Assembly (NCBI GenBank): GCA_044226015.1 | Contig: JBGAHS010000004.1 | Span: 320,001 to 384,000, forward strand | Source of the DNA: Candidatus Obscuribacteraceae bacterium | Lineage (GTDB): Bacteria; Cyanobacteriota; Vampirovibrionia; Obscuribacterales; Obscuribacteraceae | Reading direction: 5' to 3' | Length of the DNA stretch: 64,000 bases | Part shown: positions 19,996-30,849 of the stretch, piece by piece | Position numbering within the stretch: the stretch's first letter is position 1 | How the letters are laid out: every line of letters begins with the position of its first letter | Notes under the pieces: model-generated | The model's input: the letters and a program-made list of their open reading frames with translations, nothing else | The model's database searches: none | What the model was told of the DNA's origin: nothing | Position numbers and translations under genes: made by a program

Positions 19996-21621
19996 CTATT
20001 CTGCTTTGTCTTCAATCGCTTGTGCGCGTTTTTCAATTTCCTGGGCTTCTTTGTTGCGCTTTTGTTCTCGCAGCATTGTCGCGTAGTTTCGTAAGCTGGC
20101 GTCAAGCCGCACGTCGTTTGGTCCGTAGAGCTTTTCTCTCAGCGCGATTACTTCTTTGTACAACGACTCTGCTTGCTCGTATTTCTTCTCTTCTCGGTAA
20201 ATGCGTGCGAGATTTTGCATGCTCGTCGCAACGTCAGATTGGCTCGCAAATGGTGAGGCTTTTCTGCAATCGAGACACCTTTGCAAATACTCAGCCGCTT
20301 CCTTACGCTTTCCTTCTTCCTTGTACAAAAGACCTAGATCATTGAGCGTGCTCATTGTGTCAGGTGCCGCTTCGCCAAGTGATTTTGTTCGTATGTCTAG
20401 AACTCGCTTCATCAATGTTTCGGCTTCGGCGAATTTGCCTTGCACACGCTGTAGCTCACCCAAATTGTATAAATAGTTAGCAAGTTCCGGAGCATTTGGA
20501 CCCGATTGTTTCTCTACAATCGAAACTGCTTTTCTCAGCAATGTATTTGCTTCCGCAAATTTTTCCTGTTGAATCAAAACGAATCCCATGCTGTTCATCA
20601 CATCAGCTGATGCTGAGCTGTCTGCGCCGTACACCTTTGTCCTTATTGCAAGGGCTTGCTTGTATAGCGGAAGCGCTTGCTCGAAATCGCCTTGCTCTCG
20701 CAGGCACATTGCTAAATTCATCAGCGCTGTAGCTGTGTTTTTGCTTTCTGATCCGCTATTTTCTTTGCTGAGTGCCAGAGCTTTTCTCAGCAACGGTTCC
20801 GCTTTCTCGAATTTGCTTTCTTCTCTATATAGCCTTGCCAGGTTTGTTAGTGAAGCGGTTAAATCTGTTTTCTGAAGACCTGGAAGACCTTCTCGAATGC
20901 GCAGAGCGCGTCGGTATAACTCTTCGGCTTGTGATTGCTTTTCCTGCGAACGCAAACATGTTGCTAAATTATTGCAAGCAATTGCAAGCTCATTGCTCTT
21001 TTCGCCTTTGGCTTTTTCTGTTATCGCTAGTGATTTGCGTAGTAACTGTTCTGCTTCCGTGAATTGTCCTGTGGAGCTTTGAAGCGCAGCAATATCATTG
21101 AGAATGCCAGCTGCTTGCATTGAGTCGGCTCCGAATGATTTGTTTACCAGGCTCTCTTCATCACGGTACAGCAATAGGCAATCATCGAAGCGCTTTTGTT
21201 TTTTGTATAGGCTCGATAGGTTTTTGTAAACAGTCAAATCTGGCTTCACTTCATCTGCTTTTAGTTCGATCGCTTTTTTGTACTCTGTCTCGGCTTCTGC
21301 AAGCTTTCCCTCTGCCTCAAAAACGAGCGCAATACTGTTTTCTATGCGGCTCTTTCGAATGTCTCCTTTGGAGAATTCAGCTGAAATCTTTTTTGCTTCC
21401 AGAAATGATTTTTCTGCTGCCGCGAAGTCACGCTTTTTGTAAGCGGCTGTTCCTGCATCTTCCAAAGTGCCGAACTGTACCCCAGCTTGAGCTGTGACTG
21501 GATGGTTGCTTGATAAGCACGCAACCCAAATTATGAAAGCGCCCTGCTTCCAAATCTTGTTTTTTAAGCTACTCCAGTTAAAACGCAAAATTACTCCATT
21601 GGAATCGCAAGAGTAGTTCAT
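19996..21621 (-). CDS. tetratricopeptide repeat protein (kinesin-light-chain-like 42-aa repeats), probably secreted
   Basis: Regular xNLAxLYxxQGK...AExLYxxALxI repeats; signal-like N-terminus; start uncertain. Confidence 0.9.
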   Translation of the reverse strand: MNYSCDSNGVILRFNWSSLKNKIWKQGAFIIWVACLSSNHPVTAQAGVQFGTLEDAGTAAYKKRDFAAAEKSFLEAKKISAEFSKGDIRKSRIENSIALVFEAEGKLAEAETEYKKAIELKADEVKPDLTVYKNLSSLYKKQKRFDDCLLLYRDEESLVNKSFGADSMQAAGILNDIAALQSSTGQFTEAEQLLRKSLAITEKAKGEKSNELAIACNNLATCLRSQEKQSQAEELYRRALRIREGLPGLQKTDLTASLTNLARLYREESKFEKAEPLLRKALALSKENSGSESKNTATALMNLAMCLREQGDFEQALPLYKQALAIRTKVYGADSSASADVMNSMGFVLIQQEKFAEANTLLRKAVSIVEKQSGPNAPELANYLYNLGELQRVQGKFAEAETLMKRVLDIRTKSLGEAAPDTMSTLNDLGLLYKEEGKRKEAAEYLQRCLDCRKASPFASQSDVATSMQNLARIYREEKKYEQAESLYKEVIALREKLYGPNDVRLDASLRNYATMLREQKRNKEAQEIEKRAQAIEDKAE

Positions 21622-21689
21622 TTCGAACAGATTTCGCCAATGCGAAAGAGCCTTAGAATTCTAGCAGTTTCGTCACTGCAATGAAGGCA

Positions 21690-22298
21690 TCAGGTCTTCG
21701 ATGTGACTTCCAGCACATTTTGCGCCGTCACTCTAAATGTCTTGGTATCGGCAGCGCCAGCTCTATTTTTGCCCTGGATTTCGAGAAGCCAAGCATTTGC
21801 ACCATTACGCAATAATCTGGCACCATCAAACTCTGAAAGCTGGCATTCAGTGAACGTAAGAAAGTTCAAATTGTCCCTTGTAATCAATAAAGTTAAAGAG
21901 CTGGGTTTGCTACCTGAGGGGGCGAACACCATGATCTGTCGAATGTTTGGAGCTCGACCATATGTTCGGTGCCAGGCAAGCTTCTTGCGAAAGTTTATCG
22001 CAAAAGTTTCCCCATTATCACTGTATAGAGCTTCCTGTTTTTTTCCGGGGAACTTGACGCTGCCGAATTCTTGCTTGTGCATCGGCTGTATTATTCCCAG
22101 TGATTTAAGCAAGAGATCGCACCCTGGCTGACCCTGCAGCGCCTTGAAGAGCATTTGTTCGAAGCCTGTCGAATGAGCGATCACGCTTTCAATATAATTT
22201 TGTTTTTCTGGTGCTGCGCATTTGCCCTCAAGACTCAAGGTTGAGAATGTCAGTAATAACACTAGTAGCAAAATTTGCTTAAACTGCTTAGTATTCAT
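21690..22298 (-). CDS. secreted hypothetical protein
   Basis: 202-aa ORF with N-terminal signal peptide. Confidence 0.7.
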   Translation of the reverse strand: MNTKQFKQILLLVLLLTFSTLSLEGKCAAPEKQNYIESVIAHSTGFEQMLFKALQGQPGCDLLLKSLGIIQPMHKQEFGSVKFPGKKQEALYSDNGETFAINFRKKLAWHRTYGRAPNIRQIMVFAPSGSKPSSLTLLITRDNLNFLTFTECQLSEFDGARLLRNGANAWLLEIQGKNRAGAADTKTFRVTAQNVLEVTSKT

Positions 22299-22448
22299 GA
22301 GCTATGCCTGCGCCGATTCGACTATTTTAGACTATTTCTTACTCAAGCGATCATGACTGCGTGGTGACCTCGGTCATCTTTACAGTAAATGTTTCAGCGA
22401 ATACGATAAATGTTGACGACGTGGCTGACAATTCAAAGGAGTTCGCTT

Positions 22449-23420
22449 GTGACCGAATCACAGGTTATCGCTGAGCTTTCCAATTTGACCAAGTTTTATT
22501 CAAACGGAAAGATTAAAGCACTTGATGATGTGAGTTTGCAGATTTATCAGGGCGAAATATTTGGGTTGATCGGTCCTAACGGTGCTGGCAAAACCACGAT
22601 GATTGGTTGTTTGCTTGGTCTGTTGAGACCTGACTCTGGAATTGTTTCTGTTAACGGCAGGTCGCCAGAGTTTCATTCTGTGCACGCGATGCTTGGTTAT
22701 ATGCCTGAGCGTCCGGATTTTGAACACTGGATGACGGGAAGGCAATTCCTTGATTATCATCACGAGCTTGCAAGGAAAGACCCGCACACGAGGAAGGCTG
22801 ATGTGGCTGAGGCTCTTGAGTTTGTAGAACTCAAACCTGACTCGTGGGACAGGAGACTGAAAACATATTCGCGGGGCATGCTGCAACGCTTGAACCTTGC
22901 GCAGATGAGCCTCGGGAAGGGTCAGCTTCTTTTGATGGATGAACCGACCTTAGGGCTTGACCCGACGGGGGTCGCGGTGGTGCGCAAATTCATCAACAGA
23001 GCGCGCGAGCAGAAAATTACTGCCATCATCAATTCTCATCAGCTTGATGAAATAGAACGGTTGTGCGATCGCGTTGCGTTTATTCGCAACGGCAAAATCG
23101 CTGCTATCGAAAAGTTGAAAGAAGAAGAGTTCTGCGACTATGTAATTTGTTTGCGCCTGAGTCCGCATGAAATGAATGGAACAGGCGAGACGAAGCTGCG
23201 AGAAATTGGTGAGTCCTCGCAGTCTATTCTGAATGAGTACAAAGAGAGGCACGCCAAGTTTGTTGTGAAAGATGGAAAACATGCCGGGCTTTTGATTAAA
23301 GACCTTGTGAGTGCGGGAATCTTCGTAGAGGAGGCGGTTCCCGAACGAAGTAGGTTAGAGCAATTGTTCCTCGGGGGTGGCAATTCGCGTAATGAGCAAA
23401 CTGAATCTTCGGAGAAATAA
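22449..23420 (+). CDS. ABC transporter ATP-binding protein (ABC-2 exporter type)
   Basis: Walker A GPNGAGKTT, signature YSRGM, Walker B LLMDEP, SH switch; AAGGAG before GTG 22449. Confidence 0.93.
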   Translation: MTESQVIAELSNLTKFYSNGKIKALDDVSLQIYQGEIFGLIGPNGAGKTTMIGCLLGLLRPDSGIVSVNGRSPEFHSVHAMLGYMPERPDFEHWMTGRQFLDYHHELARKDPHTRKADVAEALEFVELKPDSWDRRLKTYSRGMLQRLNLAQMSLGKGQLLLMDEPTLGLDPTGVAVVRKFINRAREQKITAIINSHQLDEIERLCDRVAFIRNGKIAAIEKLKEEEFCDYVICLRLSPHEMNGTGETKLREIGESSQSILNEYKERHAKFVVKDGKHAGLLIKDLVSAGIFVEEAVPERSRLEQLFLGGGNSRNEQTESSEK

Positions 23421-23422
23421 TC

Positions 23423-24226
23423 GTGTGGTTCAATAAAGCCGTATTCAAATTCACAGTAATGTCTGCCTGCCTGGACCACATGAAGCTGGCTTATGTAGCC
23501 CTTCTGGGGTTCGTGGTGCCCATTGGAATGAAACTAGCAGCGCTCTATCATGGCTCTGCCGATTCGCAAACATTCGAGATGCTTACAGGAAAAGTTGGCG
23601 TTTCGTTTATTCTTATGGTTCTCTGTCTTGGTTTAGCCGGGAACTCTACGACTCAATCAGGGCGCGGTGGAGAGTACTTGCCGCTTTTATTTTCCCGACC
23701 AGTAAGCCGCTGCGAGTATGTTTTCACTAAATGGGTCACCATCACCTTAATTGGTGGCACCCTCGCCGCATTTCAAAATGTCTTAATTGTGGCGTGCGGA
23801 CTTTTCTTTGGTGAGCAAACTTCTTCTACAGGGCTCACCAGCATGCTGATCGAACGATTTTTAGATGCTGGTATCATCTCTGCCGGAATGTTATGGTCAA
23901 TGTTGAATAAGCATCCAGTGTTCCAGATTATTTCTATTTGCGCATTCTATGTTTGGATGATGGGTCAGACAGTTCCACCAGTGAGTGTTGCTGGTCCGCA
24001 AGCCGAGGGCGTTGATCAATTGGCGCTTGAGGCGACCAAAATTATGCTCGACAGCTCGGGCTACATTGGAGATTTGATTTTGCCTGGCATAAACGTTTAC
24101 GATATGTTGCACTCACATATGTTCTCCATTTTGCCTGCCATAGCTTATTTTTCGACCTTGTCCATCTATATTACCGGTGCCATAATCTCTACAAACAAGC
24201 GGGAGTTTTTCTATGGAACCACATAA
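23423..24226 (+). CDS. ABC-2 type permease
   Basis: Multiple TMs; LLFSRPVSR...KW motif; 2 bp after the ATPase gene. Confidence 0.8.
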   Translation: MWFNKAVFKFTVMSACLDHMKLAYVALLGFVVPIGMKLAALYHGSADSQTFEMLTGKVGVSFILMVLCLGLAGNSTTQSGRGGEYLPLLFSRPVSRCEYVFTKWVTITLIGGTLAAFQNVLIVACGLFFGEQTSSTGLTSMLIERFLDAGIISAGMLWSMLNKHPVFQIISICAFYVWMMGQTVPPVSVAGPQAEGVDQLALEATKIMLDSSGYIGDLILPGINVYDMLHSHMFSILPAIAYFSTLSIYITGAIISTNKREFFYGTT

Positions 24227-24776
24227 AGACTTCAAGCTGACGAGTACTCCGCGAATTTTGCTCACTATAACGGCACTACTGCTGGTGGCACGTGTTGGGC
24301 TAACTATCGTTGATTTCATGCATCCCTCTCAGCCAGGTCGCGCTGTCACATGGATAGACTCCAATAGTTACAAGGCTGACCCAGCCGAGCCGCGTAAGCT
24401 CAAGCTTTATGAGTTCTACGCCGGTTGGTGCAGTCCATGTCTGCGTCTGGAACATGATGTTATGACAAACAGCGAAATTCGAGAAGCTATCGAAAAGAAT
24501 TTTGTGCCAATCAGAGTTGTTGATCGGCAGCGTGAAGATGGACACAATTCCAAAGAAATCACTGCTTTGCAAAAACGCTATCGTGTATTTGCATTTCCAA
24601 CGCTAGTGGCTGTAGGTGAGGATGGCGAGCCGATTGCATTGTTAGTTGGAAACTCTTCTTCGCTTGGAGTTTATAGATTCGTTTCCAGGGTGATTAGCGA
24701 TCAGCGTTCAATGCAAAAACGAACTGCGCAAACAATTGCACCACTGCGCGAATTGAAGCACTCGCTAATTAAATAG
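24213..24776 (+). CDS. membrane-anchored thioredoxin-family protein
   Basis: N-terminal TM, WCSPC, FPT cis-Pro loop; overlaps the permease stop. Confidence 0.85.
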   Translation: MEPHKDFKLTSTPRILLTITALLLVARVGLTIVDFMHPSQPGRAVTWIDSNSYKADPAEPRKLKLYEFYAGWCSPCLRLEHDVMTNSEIREAIEKNFVPIRVVDRQREDGHNSKEITALQKRYRVFAFPTLVAVGEDGEPIALLVGNSSSLGVYRFVSRVISDQRSMQKRTAQTIAPLRELKHSLIK

Positions 24777-24863
24777 CTCTTCCGATGTATAAATACAGGC
24801 GCGTAGAAGCGCGAGTATAGAAAGAATTTTCGCGAGTATAGGACGAATCTTCGCGTTGGTATG

Positions 24864-24894
24864 CTCAGAAGCCGCCATCCTGGCGGCGCTCCCC
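24864..24894. repeat. REP-like palindrome
   Basis: CTCAGAAGCCGCCATCCTGGCGGCGCTCCCC with a perfect 7-bp stem. Confidence 0.75.
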
Positions 24895-24978
24895 TGTGGA
24901 GACTGAGTGCCGTGCCGTCAATGCGTATCTAGTGAAAGAATCAAAGGACCCGTGTGTCACAGCGTGGCAACGGAAAAT

Positions 24979-25012
24979 CAAAAGACCCGCGCTGCAGGGC
25001 ACGGGTCTTTTG
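24979..25012. terminator. probable bidirectional intrinsic terminator
   Basis: CAAAAGACCCG...CGGGTCTTTTG inverted repeat with T-runs on both strands, between convergent trx-like gene and nrdB. Confidence 0.75.
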
Positions 25013-25120
25013 TGTTCGGTTCGGTTCGAAAAAGAGGAAAAACTTTTGGAGAGCCGAGAAACGTGCGGTTAAATTCGTGCAGTGAATCTATGCACGTTTC
25101 TCGGAAATGACGGATTAAAC

Positions 25121-26419
25121 TTAATCCCAGCTGAGAGCGCCACCGGTTTGGTATTCAATGACTCGTGTCTCAAAGAAATTCTTTTCTTTCTTGAGGTCGA
25201 GCATTTCACTCATCCATGGGAAGGGGTTCTTAGCACCAGCAAATTGCTCTGGCAAACCGATTTGACGGCAGCGGCGATTTGCAATGAAGTTCAAGTATTC
25301 TTTGAACATTGAGCAGTTGAGTCCGAGAACTCCGCGTGGCATTGTATCTTCTGCGTACTTGTATTCCAACGCTACACCTTGATTGATCAAGTTGAGAATT
25401 TCTTGCTGGAATTCAGAAGTCCAGAGATGTGGGTTTTCATTCTTGATCTGGTTGATTACGTCGATACCAAAGTTGAGGTGCATCGACTCGTCGCGCAGGA
25501 TGTACTGGAATTGTTCTGAAGCACCAGTCATTTTGTTCTGGCGTCCGAAGCTGAGCATTTGAACGAATCCTACATAGAAGAAGATGCCTTCCATGATGAT
25601 GTAGTATCCGATCAAGTTACGAAGCAAGCGCTGGTCAGATGTGAATGAACCTGTTTGGAAATTTGGATCAGCAAGTTCAGAAGTGAACTGAAGCTGGAAC
25701 GCATCTTTCTCGTGAATAGATGGAATTTCGCGATACATGTTGAAGATTTCGCCTTCATCAAGACCGAGACTCTCAACAACATATTGATATGCGTGTGTGT
25801 GGATCGCTTCTTCAAATGCCTGACGCAACAAGTATTGGCGGCACTCAGGATTTGTGATGTGTCTGTAGATAGCCAGAACGAGGTTGTTTGCAACCAGAGA
25901 GTCTGCGGTGACGAAGAACCCCAAATTGCGCTTGATGATTTTGCGCTCGTCATCTGAAAGACCGTTTGGATCTTTCCAGAGAGCGATGTCACGGCTCATG
26001 CTGATTTCTTGTGGCATCCAGTGGTTTGCGCAAGCATCAAGATATTTCTGCCAGGCCCATTCATATTTGAAAGGCACTAACTGATTGACGTCAGCGCGGC
26101 AGTTGATGATTTTCTTGTCGTCAACACGAACTCTTGCTGCATTGAATGTTATTTCTTCCAGACCGGTTGCTCCGGCTGCTGGCGTGGGCATGGCTTTACC
26201 TCCTGCGGTCATATTGACGGAGGGAGTTGTCGGAGCAAAACTGAGCGTATTTATTGATTGCGTTTCTGCTTGGTTTGGCTGAGCTGCAGCCTGTGCTGTA
26301 CCTGGAGCCGCTGGATTTGGCGCCGCAGCTGCTGACGGTGTAACTGGAACATAGGTCGGTGCTGCATTTTCGCCAGTTGTTTTAGCCGGCTTTACAGGAA
26401 TATTGTCGAAATTAAGCAT
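25121..26419 (-). CDS. nrdB: ribonucleotide reductase class Ia beta subunit
   Basis: [21 protein letters not shown] (radical Tyr present), MEGIFFY, RDESMH, NFFE. Confidence 0.96.
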   Translation of the reverse strand: MLNFDNIPVKPAKTTGENAAPTYVPVTPSAAAAPNPAAPGTAQAAAQPNQAETQSINTLSFAPTTPSVNMTAGGKAMPTPAAGATGLEEITFNAARVRVDDKKIINCRADVNQLVPFKYEWAWQKYLDACANHWMPQEISMSRDIALWKDPNGLSDDERKIIKRNLGFFVTADSLVANNLVLAIYRHITNPECRQYLLRQAFEEAIHTHAYQYVVESLGLDEGEIFNMYREIPSIHEKDAFQLQFTSELADPNFQTGSFTSDQRLLRNLIGYYIIMEGIFFYVGFVQMLSFGRQNKMTGASEQFQYILRDESMHLNFGIDVINQIKNENPHLWTSEFQQEILNLINQGVALEYKYAEDTMPRGVLGLNCSMFKEYLNFIANRRCRQIGLPEQFAGAKNPFPWMSEMLDLKKEKNFFETRVIEYQTGGALSWD

Positions 26420-26505
26420 GGTGTCTCCACTCCCTTACCATACAATTGTACGTATACCGCGTGAACTTTGCAAACTGAATTAAGCTTTGAATATCGGTCT
26501 GAGGC

Positions 26506-26534
26506 GGGGAGCCCTCCCCCATAGAGGGCTCCCC
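26506..26534. other. GC-rich intercistronic hairpin just after the nrdA stop
   Basis: GGGGAGCCCTC / GAGGGCTCCCC perfect 11-bp stem; no U-tract on the minus strand. Confidence 0.65.
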
Positions 26535-26541
26535 CAAACCC

Positions 26542-29358
26542 CTACTGACAGGCTTCGCAGTCAGGGTCTGTTATTGAACAGGCCTTCGGCATTGCTGCCG
26601 CTGCGAGATTTGTCAGGTGTTGTTCAACTTTTACTGCGTTGAGAGCGCCAGTGTGAATCGTCGACTTTTCTGCCGATGTAGCTCCACGGGTTCTCAAATA
26701 GTAGGTTGTCTTCAATCCGCGAATCCACGCTAGCTTGTAGGTTTCGTCAAGCTTTTTGCCGCTAGGTTCAGCAAGATATAGGTTGAGGCTTTGCGCCTGG
26801 TCGATCCATTTCTGGCGACGAGCACCTGCTTCGATCAACCATTTCGGATCGATTTCGAATGCGGTTGCGTACAGTTCTTTGATGTCGGCTGGAATTCTTT
26901 CAATTGGAAGAAGAGAGCCATCGAAGTACTTCAGGTCATGAACCATTACTTCATCCCAGAGACCCAGTCTCTTCAGATCTTCTACAAGGTAGGAGTTGAG
27001 TACTGTGAAATCGCCGGAGAGGTTAGATTTTACGTACAGGTTTTGGAATGTAGGTTCGATAGATGGGCTGACACCGATGATATTAGATATGGTGGCAGTT
27101 GGAGCAATTGCCAGAACGTTAGAGTTACGCATTCCCCATTGTGCGATGTGCTCACGAACTGGTGACCAATCGAGGCGCTCAGTACGATCGAGCTGGAGGA
27201 ATTCACCTCTGTATTGAGCCAGTTGTCCGAGGCTATCGATTGGAAGAATGCCCTTATCCCACAGTGAGCCTTTGTATGTGTGGTAGGTGCCTCTTTCTTT
27301 TGCCAGTTCACTGCTTGCTAGAAGAGCGAAATAGCTGATTGCTTCCATTGCTGCGTCAGCGAATTCCACAGCTTCCATCGAAGCGTAAGGTACGCGCATG
27401 ACTTGAAGAGCGTCCTGGAATCCCATGAAACCCAGTCCGATTGGGCGATGTTTCAGATTGGAATTTCTTGCTTTAGCGACACTGTAGTAGTTGATGTCGA
27501 TAACGTTATCGAGCATTCTGACTGCAGTCTTGCAGGTGCGAGCCAACTTCGCGAGGTCCAGACCCTTTTCACCAATGTGGTTAACGAGATTGATAGAACC
27601 AAGGTTGCATACAGCTGTTTCTTTGCTGGAAGTGTTCAGTGTGATTTCTGTGCAGAGGTTCGAGCTATGAACAGTGCCGATGTGTTGCTGAGGGCTGCGA
27701 ACGTTGCAGGGATCTTTGAATGTGATCCATGGGTGACCAGTTTCGAACAACATGGAAAGCATTTTGCGCCAGAGTTGGAGAGCAGGCAGTCTCTTGAACA
27801 ATTTGATCTGTCCGTTGTCTGCGAGTCTTTCATACTTCTCGTATGCTTCTTTGAATGCTGGTCCGTGGAGGTCATGCAAATCTGAAACTTCTTCAGGTGA
27901 GAACAATGTCCATTGTTCGTCTCTCATCACACGTTCCATGAACAAATCTGGAATCCAGTTGGCCGTATTCATGTCGTGTGTACGACGGCGGTCATCACCG
28001 GTGTTTTTGCGGAGTTCAAGGAATTCTTCGATGTCGAGGTGCCATGACTCGAGGTAAGCACATACTGCACCTTTGCGTTTTCCACCCTGGTTGACAGCGA
28101 CTGCTGTGTCATTGACTACTTTGAGGAATGGAACAACACCCTGGCTCTTTCCGTTTGTGCCATGTATGTGAGCACCAAGCGCACGAATTGGAGTCCAGTC
28201 ATTTCCGAGACCGCCACTGAACTTCGAGAGAAGTGCATTTTCTTTCAAGCCGTCGTAGATGCCTTCAAGGTCATCTGAAACTGTTGTGAGGAAGCAAGAA
28301 GAAAGTTGTGGACGATGTGTTCCGGAATTGAACAATGTTGGTGTGGACGAAATGAAGTCGAAGGAAGAGAGCAATTCATAGAATTCAATTGCACGGCGTT
28401 CACGCTCAACTTCATTGAGTGAGAGCCCCATTGCTATTCTCATCCAGAAAGCTTGTGTCAGCTCGAAGCGACGACCATCTGTATGAAGCAGATATCTATC
28501 GTATAGTGTTTGCAGTCCGAGATATTGGAATTGCAAATCGCGTTCTGGTTTCAACGCAGCACCGAGTTCAACTAGATTGAATTGCGACAGTTTCGGATCG
28601 ATCAATCCAGCTTCAACGCCTCTTCTAACGTAGTCAGCGAAGTAGTCGCCGTAACGCTCAGTCATTTGTGTATGTGTAACAGCTTCACCCATAACTTCTC
28701 TGCGGATATGATCGAGAAGCAGTCTGGCAGTTACATATGAGTACGCTGGGTCGCGTTCAATTAATGTACGTGCTGCGAGAATAGCTGAACGATATACATC
28801 ATCTTCTGGGACGGTGTCATAAAGGTTTGAAATTGTTGATTCATAGATTGCTTGAACAGAAACCGCGTCGCCGAGATTTGAGCAAGCTTCTTCGATTACT
28901 GTGCGAAGACGAACATAATCGATTGGTGTAACAGTGCCGTTTGGCAGTGTCATTGTCAGTTCTTGTGTAGGAGCACCCATCCCGCTTTCGGCTACCTGCT
29001 TAGCGCGTTCTTGCGAGCGTTGTTCTCTATACAACACATATCTTCTAGCTACCTCGTGCTCACCTGAGCGCATGAGGGCAAGTTCAACCTGGTCTTGAAT
29101 GTGTTCAATATGAATTGGAACACCTTCAGTTTGTCTACGGGTGAGAGCTTCGACTACCTGCTCTGTGAGCTGGGCGACGATTTCTCTCATACGTGAACTT
29201 GTTGCACACAACTCACCTTCCGCTGCAAGGAAGGCTTTTGTTAGCGCGACTGAAATCTTGGAAGATTCAAATGGCGCTACTGTACCGTCTCTTCTCAGAA
29301 CCTTGTGGGCGCTTTGAAGGACTGGTGTCTCAGCTGAGCTAATTGAAGACTGAGTCAT
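26542..29358 (-). CDS. nrdA: ribonucleotide reductase class Ia alpha subunit with tandem ATP-cones
   Basis: [32 protein letters not shown]-terminal CEACQ; AGGAG RBS before ATG 29358. Confidence 0.96.
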   Translation of the reverse strand: MTQSSISSAETPVLQSAHKVLRRDGTVAPFESSKISVALTKAFLAAEGELCATSSRMREIVAQLTEQVVEALTRRQTEGVPIHIEHIQDQVELALMRSGEHEVARRYVLYREQRSQERAKQVAESGMGAPTQELTMTLPNGTVTPIDYVRLRTVIEEACSNLGDAVSVQAIYESTISNLYDTVPEDDVYRSAILAARTLIERDPAYSYVTARLLLDHIRREVMGEAVTHTQMTERYGDYFADYVRRGVEAGLIDPKLSQFNLVELGAALKPERDLQFQYLGLQTLYDRYLLHTDGRRFELTQAFWMRIAMGLSLNEVERERRAIEFYELLSSFDFISSTPTLFNSGTHRPQLSSCFLTTVSDDLEGIYDGLKENALLSKFSGGLGNDWTPIRALGAHIHGTNGKSQGVVPFLKVVNDTAVAVNQGGKRKGAVCAYLESWHLDIEEFLELRKNTGDDRRRTHDMNTANWIPDLFMERVMRDEQWTLFSPEEVSDLHDLHGPAFKEAYEKYERLADNGQIKLFKRLPALQLWRKMLSMLFETGHPWITFKDPCNVRSPQQHIGTVHSSNLCTEITLNTSSKETAVCNLGSINLVNHIGEKGLDLAKLARTCKTAVRMLDNVIDINYYSVAKARNSNLKHRPIGLGFMGFQDALQVMRVPYASMEAVEFADAAMEAISYFALLASSELAKERGTYHTYKGSLWDKGILPIDSLGQLAQYRGEFLQLDRTERLDWSPVREHIAQWGMRNSNVLAIAPTATISNIIGVSPSIEPTFQNLYVKSNLSGDFTVLNSYLVEDLKRLGLWDEVMVHDLKYFDGSLLPIERIPADIKELYATAFEIDPKWLIEAGARRQKWIDQAQSLNLYLAEPSGKKLDETYKLAWIRGLKTTYYLRTRGATSAEKSTIHTGALNAVKVEQHLTNLAAAAMPKACSITDPDCEACQ

Positions 29359-29793
29359 ATTTTCTCCTGCACTTAAACCGAACCGCTTAATTAAGGACGC
29401 TAAAACCATTTCAAGAGTTCAAAATGAACCCTTAATACGGCTGGCGCCTTTTGTATCTTGTTTGTATATCTATTTGGTGGGATAAACGATTTGTTTTTCT
29501 CACCCGAAGATTAGCTGAACCTCTCTTTCCTTCAATTCCCTGCCTTAGGCACGCGGACATTGCCAGATATCTCTGGTGCAGCTCCTCTTCAAAAAATTTC
29601 GATGCAAAAAAAATACCATTGGCGATTTACGCGTGCTAGTGATCCTCATGTGTGCGGAATGTATATATGTCGCTGTAAAAGCTGATGGCTACACCGTTAC
29701 GAAATCAGAATACAAAGATAAAATCGGACCTTAAACCTGCATGAAAAGTGCTTGGTTTGGTGAGATCCGGGTAATGAAGCGTGTTTGATATAT

Positions 29794-29809
29794 GCACCAT
29801 ATCTGGTAC
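29794..29809. promoter_or_regulatory. candidate NrdR box
   Basis: GCACCATATCTGGTAC, an imperfect 16-bp palindrome resembling acaCwAtATaTwGtg, upstream of nrdA. Confidence 0.5.
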
Positions 29810-29943
29810 TTAGTGGATCGTGATCTAAGAGCATGCATTAGGTCTTCAAGCCCAAAATAAGCCGATCTTCGAATATTTATCAGACTTCATTTTGCGCTGC
29901 TGAGATCTGAGCGTCCTATAAGAATTTGTCGAATAAAAGTCGA

Positions 29944-29980
29944 CACTCTGAAACACGCATTCTGAGCGGGTTTCAGAGTG
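29944..29980. terminator. hairpin downstream of cobB (possible terminator)
   Basis: CACTCTGAAAC / GTTTCAGAGTG 11-bp inverted repeat with inner CGC/GCG pairing. Confidence 0.45.
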
Positions 29981-30084
29981 AGTTAAACGGCGCTTCAATT
30001 GCGTATATCAAATCGAAATAGATCAGCAACTTGAATGTGAGCGCATGTTCACCTGCTTCCTCTTATATGCGCGCAAATTTCAAT

Positions 30085-30837
30085 TCAATTTGAATTCTTG
30101 AATACTTTCAGTATCTCTGGAAGAGCCGCTCCTGATGCGGCTCTTATAACGATACTCGCTTTTCTACTTAGTGGAGTCTCATCTGGGTTGATTTCAACTA
30201 TTGGAATTTTGTTGTGCAGAGCAAGTGCAGGTAGTGATGCTGCCGGTTGCACTAAAGATGAGGTTCCTACAACGAAAAGGATCGACGTTGCACAGATTTC
30301 TTTTTGTGCGCGATCAAGTTCTTCCATTGGTAATGCTTCATGAAACCAAACGACTGCTGGTCGTATGTATGAGCCGCAATGGCATTTTGGCGGCTCTTTC
30401 AAGCCCATTGGAATCTCATTTGCATTGCATGGATGTCTTTGATCAAAACAAAAGAATTCGCTTATGTTACCGTGCAGCTCCAACACATCAGTCGAGCCAG
30501 CCCGCTTGTGGAGCCCATCTACGTTTTGTGTAACGACAAGCACTTTATCGATAAGCTTTTCGAATTCCGCAATCGTGTAATGCCCAGGGTTGGGATTAGA
30601 TTCATTCAACTTGTGCCGACGCTCGTCATACCATTGCCAGACCAGCTTTGGATTTCGTTTGAAAGCCGTTGGTGTAGCCAATTCCTCAGGGTCATAATTG
30701 GCCCACAAACCAGTTTGAGCATCTCTAAATGTTGGAATTCCACTTTCTTTGGAAACGCCGGCACCTGTAAAAAACACCACATGCTTAGCAGATTTCAACA
30801 ATTTTGCTGCTTCGATAATTTTGCTGGTGTCTGACAT
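30085..30837 (-). CDS. cobB: NAD-dependent protein deacylase (sirtuin)
   Basis: GAGVSKESGIPTFR, WQWYDERR (Y-x-x-R of class III), TQNVDGLH, ELHG, GTS. Confidence 0.93.
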   Translation of the reverse strand: MSDTSKIIEAAKLLKSAKHVVFFTGAGVSKESGIPTFRDAQTGLWANYDPEELATPTAFKRNPKLVWQWYDERRHKLNESNPNPGHYTIAEFEKLIDKVLVVTQNVDGLHKRAGSTDVLELHGNISEFFCFDQRHPCNANEIPMGLKEPPKCHCGSYIRPAVVWFHEALPMEELDRAQKEICATSILFVVGTSSLVQPAASLPALALHNKIPIVEINPDETPLSRKASIVIRAASGAALPEILKVFKNSN

Positions 30838-30849
30838 GCTCTGCCTCGT

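Noticed and set aside
25121..26419. Class Ic (Mn/Fe) RNR beta subunit
   Set aside because: The radical Tyr (IHTHAY) and the first Asp ligand (TADS) are retained, consistent with class Ia
26542..29358. Intein or intron in nrdA
   Set aside because: The ORF is continuous, the extra length is explained by the tandem ATP-cones, and no splicing motifs were seen
29359..30084. Cobalamin riboswitch upstream of nrdAB
   Set aside because: I could not find the B12-box or the conserved core motifs on the minus strand
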